DNA of 4,893 nucleotides from a virus (Duplodnaviria; Heunggongvirae; Uroviricota; Caudoviricetes): IMG/VR virus record IMGVR_UViG_2548876958_000007; one strand, 5' to 3'. Shown piece by piece: positions 1 to 4,539 of this stretch (position 1 is its first letter; each line of letters starts with the position of its first letter). The notes under the pieces were generated by a model. It saw only the letters and a program-made list of their open reading frames with translations, ran no database searches and was not told where the DNA came from. The position numbers and the translations under genes were made by a program.

Positions 1-8
1 TATTGCAT
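1..8 (-). CDS. 5' end of an unidentified leftward gene running off the window (start codon plus about 2 codons only)
   Basis: Minus-strand ATG at 8..6 preceded by AAGGAG (21..16) with about 6-nt spacing; only ATG-CAA-TA is visible, so no product can be inferred. Confidence 0.3.
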
Positions 9-35
9 GGTGTGCTCCTTATTTATACATAACGA

Positions 36-56
36 AAAACGCCTCGAGTGAAGCGT
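36..56 (-). terminator. Candidate intrinsic terminator (third of three in tandem)
   Basis: Minus-strand RNA CGCUUCACUCGAGGCG forms a 6-bp stem (one G-U) with a 4-nt loop, followed by UUUUUCGUU. Confidence 0.45.
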
Positions 57-69
57 TATTGGTATGCAT

Positions 70-95
70 ATAAAAAGGCCCTCACACTGGAGGGC
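70..95 (-). terminator. Intrinsic (Rho-independent) terminator
   Basis: Minus-strand RNA GCCCUC-CAGUGU-GAGGGC (6-bp GC-rich stem, 6-nt loop) followed immediately by CUUUUUAUAU. Confidence 0.65.
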
Positions 96-157
96 AAAGA
101 AGATTTCCAATAATCAGAACAAGTCGGCTCCTGTTTAGTTACGAGCGACATTGCTCC

Positions 158-185
158 GTGTATTCACTCGTTGGAATGAATACAC
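158..185. repeat. Perfect 9-bp inverted repeat with 10-bp spacer (GTGTATTCA-N10-TGAATACAC)
   Basis: Plus 158..166 gtgtattca and 177..185 tgaatacac are exact reverse complements; no U-tract follows on either strand, so not a typical intrinsic terminator. Confidence 0.6.
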
Positions 186-212
186 AGTGCAGTATTTATT
201 CTGTTGTTTATG

Positions 213-239
213 CCAAAAATAAAGGCCGACTATGCGGCC
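213..239 (-). terminator. Candidate intrinsic terminator overlapping the stop codon of the 207-aa gene
   Basis: Minus-strand RNA GAGGCCG-CAUAGU-CGGCCUU (5-7 bp GC stem; the loop contains the UAG stop) followed by UAUUUUUGG. Confidence 0.5.
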
Positions 240-853
240 TCGGAAGGAAGTCCAATCATCTTATTCAAATCTTCTACCCGTAAAGCAGGAAGTGCTGTAC
301 TTGCTTTATCTGCTTCTTTTGGTAGCAATTCTTTGCTTTCAGGCCAAACTTCAATAAGTCGCTTAACTGTTGTGACTGAGTTCAAAGCAGCCCATACATT
401 TGATTCGATATCCTTTTTCTTGGCTTCAAGTTTTTGTTGCAATGCGCAGATTTCATCAAACCTTTTTGTTATTTCGTGTTCTGCGTCAAACATGCATTTA
501 TCTTTGATCGGAGTAGGGAGCAATATATCTTTGCCGTTGCCGTCTTTCCCATATGAATGCCATCCAACCCTTCTGCCAGATACAGTCAGATAAATTGAAG
601 TAGAACTAACATCGTATGAGTAAAATGAACATCCCATCTTTCCAAGTTCTTCACTTATAGCTACCAACTTGGATGATAACTGATCCACTTCCTCAGTTTT
701 CTTTTTACCGCCAAACGCAATAACTCTGGCGTCAAGTGCAAGCTGGTTCTTTAACTTTGTTACTTCTTCAAGTTCAGTGAACACCCCGGACTTAATTAAA
801 GCGTTACGAGCGATTTCCTCTTTCATTCTCGTAGTTAAGCGGATTGATGACAT
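230..853 (-). CDS. Hypothetical protein, 207 aa, first gene downstream of N in the leftward early operon; function unknown
   Basis: ORF-track frame 230..913 trimmed to the ATG at 853..851, which has the SD GAGAGGA about 7 nt upstream. The track's longer version starts at a TTG and overlaps the N stop. Visibly AT-rich. No family recognised by eye. Confidence 0.7.
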   Translation of the reverse strand: MSSIRLTTRMKEEIARNALIKSGVFTELEEVTKLKNQLALDARVIAFGGKKKTEEVDQLSSKLVAISEELGKMGCSFYSYDVSSTSIYLTVSGRRVGWHSYGKDGNGKDILLPTPIKDKCMFDAEHEITKRFDEICALQQKLEAKKKDIESNVWAALNSVTTVKRLIEVWPESKELLPKEADKASTALPALRVEDLNKMIGLPSEAA

Positions 854-914
854 ATTAATTCCTCTCAAATAAGTGGTTTGCTGCCTAATTTCATTTTCTG
901 GCGACCAACACAAG

Positions 915-1298
915 TCATCTTGCTGTCAGTTGTTTTGATTTCCGGTAGCCTGCCGCGTAAAGAGCTACGTTTGGAAGACATACACCAGTTTCTGGTTGCT
1001 TATGTCCAAACTCATTCGCGTACACAATGGCCGCTCGCTCCAGATTGCGTCTGTATTCTTTCTGTTGCCAGATCACGTCCTGTGCCATGAACTTAATTGG
1101 CTTAGCGTCTTCTATGCGCTCAGGCGTTTCGTGAGTACCTTTAGCCTGAATCTGCGCTCTGCTTAGAGTAGGGCGGTGTAATACTTCTGAACTTATTGCT
1201 TCTTCGCGGGCCAGCACGCCGTTAGCTAATGCCTTTGCCTTTAAACGCTCACGACGACGAGAACGTGAATTGCCTTTGAACTGAGTTCTGCGTGTCAT
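915..1298 (-). CDS. N: N-type transcription antitermination protein (127 aa)
   Basis: N-terminal arginine-rich motif (SRSRRRERLKAKALANG) typical of lambdoid N proteins that bind boxB RNA; strong SD AGGAGG 6 nt upstream of the ATG; a boxB hairpin lies upstream in its leader; position left of the repressor unit. The C-terminus resembles my recollection of P22 gene 24 protein (unverified). Confidence 0.8.
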   Translation of the reverse strand: MTRRTQFKGNSRSRRRERLKAKALANGVLAREEAISSEVLHRPTLSRAQIQAKGTHETPERIEDAKPIKFMAQDVIWQQKEYRRNLERAAIVYANEFGHKQPETGVCLPNVALYAAGYRKSKQLTAR

Positions 1299-1442
1299 AT
1301 AGACCTCCTGATGAACTTTGGTGGTGTGGTAGGTGGGAGACCCATTTCGACCTGTTTCGGCCTACTTCAATTCGGCAATAGTCCCGCAGGCCTCGCCGCT
1401 TTACGTGCGACATATTCCCGTCCATGAACCCTTCACCACACC

Positions 1443-1478
1443 CCAAAGTTCACTTTGGTTATTGCGCTTTGTCAGCGC
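1443..1478 (-). promoter_or_regulatory. nutL: boxB hairpin (1464..1478, RNA GCGCUGACAAAGCGC) plus an adjacent second hairpin (1443..1458)
   Basis: Minus-strand 5-bp stem GCGCU/AGCGC with pentaloop GACAA, matching the boxB of phage P22 as I recall it; located about 165 nt upstream of the N start. A 7-bp-arm inverted repeat CCAAAGU..ACUUUGG follows 5 nt downstream. No convincing boxA (CGCUCUU-like) was found upstream. Confidence 0.65.
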
Positions 1479-1547
1479 CGTAGATTCATATTCGAATCGT
1501 TGTATATTCACCGCCCTGGTGAGTAATGCGTCCTGCTGATGACGATA

Positions 1548-1576
1548 ATAATGAACCAATAGTTCGACATTATCAA
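1548..1576 (-). promoter_or_regulatory. Candidate pL promoter (-35 TTGATA, 17-bp spacer, -10 CATTAT) embedded in GAAC/GTTC inverted repeats (possible oL)
   Basis: Minus-strand TTGATA (plus 1571..1576) and CATTAT (plus 1548..1553) separated by 17 nt; overlapping inverted repeats AGTTC-N11-GAACT (plus 1561..1581) and GAAC-N5-GTTC. Assignment is tentative: the -10 is weak and the operators are not defined. Confidence 0.3.
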
Positions 1577-1761
1577 GAACTATTGGTACGAATTTTGGTG
1601 ATTTATTAACTCTACGAAGTATGATTCTGATATATAAGGAAATTTATTTTTGAAAATGTGGCTGATGAAGGTTATGCGGCAGGGATCATAACTGCATGGT
1701 TTAGCGAGTTACATCAATAAATACAATTGGTTATGTGTTTTTAGGTGGGCGAACGTGAGGC

Positions 1762-1787
1762 AAAGAAAACCCGGCGCTGAGGCCGGG
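1762..1787 (-). terminator. Intrinsic terminator of the 311-aa gene transcription unit
   Basis: Minus-strand RNA CCCGGC-CUCAGC-GCCGGG (6-bp G/C stem) followed by UUUUCUUUG, beginning about 10 nt after the TAA stop at 1799..1797. Confidence 0.65.
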
Positions 1788-1796
1788 GCAATAAAG

Positions 1797-2732
1797 TTAT
1801 TCTGCGTCAATATCTTCTACGGTTAGTAGAGGGTGTACCTTATCAAGCAATTGGATGAAATCTTCATAAGTATCGCTTGCTTGCATGAGTGTTGTTACCC
1901 CTGTAAGTCTCTTTTGAAGAAGACCATATCCAGTTCCCTCTGATAGAAACTGATGCATTTTTGCACCTGCCTTTTTTGCTTTTGCTCTTTCTTCCTTTAG
2001 CGCATTTCTTAGCTCTGGTGCCATGCGGTCATAAGTTATGTTATTCACAAGATGACCAAAGTATTGCGGTCTCCGCATGTTTGCTTTGAATGGGACTCCT
2101 CTGAGTCTACATAACTCCTCAAAGAATTCTGGCGGATATGTGCTTACCCATGGTCGCATTTCTTTAGCGATGAATTGCTCAAGGAGTTTTGCCAGTTCAT
2201 CGCGCTCTCGTTCTTTTTGGTATCCAGTCGCTTCATCAACGAGCGCAACGGCGCCAACTCTAGCTAGAGCTTTATAGAGCGCTTTGGCTTTTGCAGCTGT
2301 ATTCAAGTGATGCTTTTGTCGTAGGGCTCCATCCCTCTCAGCATCTGTCCATGCCTCGCAAAGCGCTGGTAGCATAGTAACGTCAATGCCATAAGCGACA
2401 CCTGCACCTGATGTATTTTTATATACAATTGGTTCTGCTAGCGCTTCTCTTAGTTCATCAGAAATATATGGCTGAAGCTCATTTGCTTGGAGAACATATG
2501 GTAATTGACCTGGCTTCCCATTTGGTACCCATCTTGGCATTTTTGAGCCAACAGATACACCGAATGTTTCTGCCAATCCATTTGCACCTTGCATTGAAAC
2601 CACTCTGCGACCATCAGGCAAAACAGCACAAGAAACACCTGTCGCCATTAATCCTGTGTGAGTTGGCTTTGGAGCTGATCTAACGATTGCTGACATTGCT
2701 GCTGCTTTTTGAGCTCGTTTTTTAGTATCCAT
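1797..2732 (-). CDS. Hypothetical protein, 311 aa, stand-alone accessory (moron) gene between the cI unit and pL; function unknown
   Basis: Long uninterrupted minus-strand frame (ORF track 1797..2789, which starts at a TTG); trimmed to the ATG at 2732..2730 with a G-rich SD (GGGGGA) upstream. Has its own candidate promoter and terminator. Visibly more AT-rich than the flanking cI/N genes. No catalytic motif recognised by eye (no clean Walker A). Confidence 0.75.
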   Translation of the reverse strand: MDTKKRAQKAAAMSAIVRSAPKPTHTGLMATGVSCAVLPDGRRVVSMQGANGLAETFGVSVGSKMPRWVPNGKPGQLPYVLQANELQPYISDELREALAEPIVYKNTSGAGVAYGIDVTMLPALCEAWTDAERDGALRQKHHLNTAAKAKALYKALARVGAVALVDEATGYQKERERDELAKLLEQFIAKEMRPWVSTYPPEFFEELCRLRGVPFKANMRRPQYFGHLVNNITYDRMAPELRNALKEERAKAKKAGAKMHQFLSEGTGYGLLQKRLTGVTTLMQASDTYEDFIQLLDKVHPLLTVEDIDAE

Positions 2733-2759
2733 AAATCCCCCATATGCTTGGTTATGGTG

Positions 2760-2789
2760 ATGATAGCTTATTTCAAATAAGCAGGACAA
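2760..2789 (-). promoter_or_regulatory. Candidate promoter of the 311-aa gene with a perfect 17-bp palindrome (GCTTATTTCAAATAAGC, 2766..2782) filling the -35/-10 spacer
   Basis: Minus-strand -35 TTGTCC (plus 2784..2789) and -10 TATCAT (plus 2760..2765) separated by 18 nt; the spacer is an exact 8+1+8 palindrome, the classic position for a dimeric repressor operator. Confidence 0.45.
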
Positions 2790-2791
2790 TG

Positions 2792-2923
2792 GTAGCTAAA
2801 TCATTAATTAGCTACAAAATGCATCATTTTTATTTATCTCATTGATATGTATATATTTATCGATAAAATATTTTTAGCTGTTATGTGATTAAGCTAAATA
2901 TTAATGCTAATTAATGCGTTAGC
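2792..2923. repeat. AT-rich island containing three inverted repeats built on the motif GCTAA/TTAGC
   Basis: IR1 2792..2815 GTAGCTAA-N8-TTAGCTAC (perfect 8-bp arms); IR2 2874..2897 TTAGCT-N12-AGCTAA; IR3 2906..2923 GCTAA-N8-TTAGC. IR1 and IR3 share the GCTAA-N8-TTAGC architecture. Direct repeat TTAATGC at 2901..2907 and 2911..2917. Confidence 0.6.
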
Positions 2924-2945
2924 ACAATGTGTGGATCACTACCAA

Positions 2946-2970
2946 TAAAAAAGGCCGCACTTCTGTGACC
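2946..2970 (-). terminator. Possible weak intrinsic terminator after the cI/113-aa unit
   Basis: Minus-strand RNA GGUCACAGAAGUGCGGCC (imperfect stem: 4 bp, one mismatch, 2 bp; GAAG loop) followed by UUUUUU (plus A-run 2947..2952). Confidence 0.35.
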
Positions 2971-2995
2971 ATCCATCACCCAAATGTCTCTTCAC

Positions 2996-3337
2996 TCATC
3001 CGAAGAAGCAGCAATCCGGGTCAGCACGCACAAGCTCAAGCGCATCAGTCAGCGAAAGTTCAGTACTGTACTGATGCCATTTCATATCCTTCCGCATCCA
3101 ATAGATTTTCCATCTATCCAGAGAACGTATGTACTTGATTCTTGCTGATGGCAGGATGTTTGTTTCACCTGGGTTGCCCTGCCACACGGGGCGCTGTTCG
3201 CCGATATCTATCGTTTGGTCATTGATGCTATAAACAATATCCAGTTCATTGCGGATATGTTCAGGCGGCCTTATGCTTTCAATGAATTGGTGAACTTCTT
3301 TTTTGACCGCTTGATATTCAAGGTCAGTGAACGCCAT
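2996..3337 (-). CDS. Hypothetical protein, 113 aa, immediately downstream of and probably co-transcribed with the repressor gene
   Basis: ATG at 3337..3335 with strong SD GAGGAGGA about 5 nt upstream; only 60 nt separate it from the cI stop, with no terminator between. Trp/Lys/Arg-rich C-terminal half (RWKIYWMRKDMKWHQY). No family assigned. Confidence 0.8.
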   Translation of the reverse strand: MAFTDLEYQAVKKEVHQFIESIRPPEHIRNELDIVYSINDQTIDIGEQRPVWQGNPGETNILPSARIKYIRSLDRWKIYWMRKDMKWHQYSTELSLTDALELVRADPDCCFFG

Positions 3338-3397
3338 CTATCCTCCTCACCCAAACGTTTCTTCTGGCCACTGGTTACCAGCTATGTGACGATGAAG

Positions 3398-4105
3398 TCA
3401 CGAACTTTTCAGCCACTCCCTTGCCTCGATGTCATCCAGATGGCGAGATTGCTTCAGAATACCAGCTACATACTCCACCTTTGCTACTTGATGATAAGGC
3501 AACGTTATAGGCCTGTGATCCTGGTTAATGCTTGTAAATTGGTATTCTCCATCTCTGTCATAGCCAAGAACCTTAATCATGTTGTGTCCTTCAACGGTTC
3601 TGACAAACACCTCATCACCCGGGAATACTTTGGTGTTAGGCTCAATGAGTACATATTCTCCTGATTTTATTCTGGGCCACATGCTGTCTCCTTTCACACG
3701 AAGACCAAAGGCATCTGGATCATCGCTATAAATTTTGAGCCACCCATCGCGCTCTTCGGTCATCTCGATGGCACCATCAACACCAAGAATTGCCTCACCA
3801 ACCACGCGCACTAACCCTTTTTTTAATTTGCCAACAAATGAAAGAGTATCTTCATCATTCGCTCCATTTAACGAAGTGCCGTGCTGAAGCCAAACAACAT
3901 CAACGTTTAGAAATTTCGCAAGCGCATTCATTTTTTCCTGACGCGGTAAAGACTCAGCATTAAACCATTTGCTAACGCCTTTGGACGAAAGAGAAAGGGC
4001 ACGGGCTATAGCCATTCCCCTACCATGTTCATCAAGACCAGCTTCTTTACAGGCTTGCGCTAGCCGCTGGGCGAATTCTTTGCGCACTTTTTCATTCTGA
4101 ACCAT
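3398..4105 (-). CDS. cI: CI-type phage repressor (235 aa): N-terminal HTH DNA-binding domain plus C-terminal S24 (LexA-like) autopeptidase domain
   Basis: HTH-like segment GRGMAIARALSLSSKGVSKW; catalytic Ser in GDSM (Ser141) and Lys178 (MIKVLGY) at LexA/lambda-CI spacing; divergently transcribed from cro across an operator-rich 78-bp intergenic region; no SD before the ATG (leaderless, as for lambda pRM transcripts). Confidence 0.9.
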   Translation of the reverse strand: MVQNEKVRKEFAQRLAQACKEAGLDEHGRGMAIARALSLSSKGVSKWFNAESLPRQEKMNALAKFLNVDVVWLQHGTSLNGANDEDTLSFVGKLKKGLVRVVGEAILGVDGAIEMTEERDGWLKIYSDDPDAFGLRVKGDSMWPRIKSGEYVLIEPNTKVFPGDEVFVRTVEGHNMIKVLGYDRDGEYQFTSINQDHRPITLPYHQVAKVEYVAGILKQSRHLDDIEAREWLKSS

Positions 4106-4183
4106 GAGTACGATACTAAAGCACTTGCAAAAACTTTCAGTTCAACCATAATACGTACTGAAAGTACGAAAAAGGATATTCCT
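4106..4183. promoter_or_regulatory. oR-type divergent control region: candidate pRM (leftward, leaderless cI) and pR (rightward, cro) with operator-like palindromes
   Basis: Minus-strand -10 TAGTAT (plus 4113..4118) ends 7 nt before the cI ATG. Plus-strand TTGCAA (4126..4131) and CATAAT (4147..4152) with a short 15-nt spacer are a possible pR. Palindrome CGTACTGAAAGTACG at 4154..4168, inverted repeat ACTTTCAGT/ACTGAAAGT (4133..4141 / 4157..4165), quasi-palindrome AGTACGATACT at 4107..4117. Exact operator boundaries unresolved. Confidence 0.6.
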
Positions 4184-4411
4184 ATGCAAAATCTTGATGA
4201 GCCGATTAAAGGTGTCGGCATCCCTGAAGTTGCGAAGGCTTGTGGAGTTAGCGAAAGGGCTGTCTATAAGTGGCTCAAAAACGGCTTCCTCCCTAAGACT
4301 GAGTTTTTTGGGAAAACTAAATACGCATCAAAAATCGAAGAGATTTCTGGTGGCAAATATCAAGCAAGCGAAATGCTTGAAATAAGCAAAAAGAACCTTC
4401 TGGCTGCATAA
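4184..4411 (+). CDS. cro: Cro-like HTH transcriptional regulator (75 aa)
   Basis: Small HTH protein (GIPEVAKACGVSERAVYKWLKNG) transcribed divergently from the CI repressor gene; SD AAGGA 7 nt upstream of the ATG; followed by nutR and cII as in lambdoid phages. Confidence 0.8.
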   Translation: MQNLDEPIKGVGIPEVAKACGVSERAVYKWLKNGFLPKTEFFGKTKYASKIEEISGGKYQASEMLEISKKNLLAA

Positions 4412-4418
4412 GTAACAC

Positions 4419-4464
4419 CGCTCTTTTCACAATGGACATTCGTCCTACGTCGCTGACAAAGCGA
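4419..4464 (+). promoter_or_regulatory. nutR: boxA-like CGCTCTTTT (4419..4427) and boxB hairpin TCGCTGACAAAGCGA (4450..4464)
   Basis: boxA matches the consensus CGCTCTT(T/A)A; boxB has a 5-bp stem TCGCU/AGCGA with the same GACAA pentaloop as the nutL boxB; a small extra hairpin GGAC-ATTC-GTCC (4433..4444) lies between them; located just after the cro stop. Confidence 0.65.
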
Positions 4465-4494
4465 GTCCCAATATATCTGACCAACTAAGGCCAC

Positions 4495-4510
4495 ATGCGT
4501 TTCCACGCAT
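4495..4510 (+). promoter_or_regulatory. Hairpin ATGCGT-TTCC-ACGCAT between nutR and cII (possible tR1-region structure)
   Basis: Perfect 6-bp stem with 4-nt loop; not followed by a U-tract, so not a classic intrinsic terminator. Confidence 0.3.
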
Positions 4511-4539
4511 ACCTTTCAACTAACTATTCACTATTGGAA

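Noticed and set aside
124-229. 6-bp inverted repeat GTCGGC / GCCGAC separated by about 95 nt
   Set aside because: A hexamer match at that distance is expected by chance; no supporting structure.
204-593. Plus-strand ORF of 129 aa
   Set aside because: Lies entirely antisense within the better-supported minus-strand 207-aa gene; no SD; most likely an antisense shadow frame.
230-913. Longer 227-aa version of the first post-N gene (ORF-track start at 913)
   Set aside because: That start is a TTG that overlaps the N stop codon and lacks an SD; the in-frame ATG at 853 has a strong SD and is preferred.
878-1090. Plus-strand ORF of 70 aa
   Set aside because: Antisense to the N gene and the N/207-aa junction; no SD; the minus-strand genes here have strong SDs and recognisable features.
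1319-1443. 8-nt long-range complementarity in the N leader (GGTGTGGT at 1323..1330 versus ACCACACC at 1435..1442)
   Set aside because: Short and built from low-complexity GT/AC runs; could pair to form a leader structure (lambda N leader is structured and RNase III-processed) but the evidence here is too weak without folding calculations.
1249-1446. Minus-strand ORF of 65 aa overlapping the N leader and N start
   Set aside because: Starts at a TTG with no SD, overlaps the N start in another frame and runs through the nut leader; more likely non-coding leader RNA.
1333-1539. Plus-strand ORF of 68 aa in the nutL / N-leader region
   Set aside because: Antisense to the N leader, no SD, and the region is better explained by regulatory RNA structures (boxB, hairpins).
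1580-1760. About 180 bp of non-coding DNA between the candidate pL and the upstream terminator, with tiny ORFs (10-11 codons)
   Set aside because: The short ORFs lack SDs at proper spacing; I could not identify a promoter-terminator pair for a small RNA. The region may simply hold oL or other regulatory sites, so it is left unassigned.
2077-2683. Plus-strand ORFs (66 aa and 90 aa) and a minus-strand 62-aa ORF inside the 311-aa gene
   Set aside because: All are nested within the long, well-supported 311-aa reading frame on the opposite strand or in another frame; none has an SD.
1797-2789. Longer 330-aa version of the moron gene (ORF-track start at 2789)
   Set aside because: That start is a TTG with no SD and would place the perfect 17-bp palindrome and the -10-like element inside the coding sequence; the ATG at 2732 with a G-rich SD is preferred, though the longer form is not strictly excluded.
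2930-2940. DnaA-box-like TGTGGATCA
   Set aside because: One mismatch to the consensus, a single copy, and no replication-origin context; likely coincidental.
2929-3664. Plus-strand ORFs of 69 aa and 149 aa
   Set aside because: Antisense to the 113-aa gene and the cI gene; the cI frame is confirmed by HTH and S24 motifs, so these are shadow ORFs.
4194-4385. Plus-strand 63-aa ORF in an alternative frame within cro
   Set aside because: Overlaps the cro frame, which has a proper SD and HTH motif; the alternative frame has neither.
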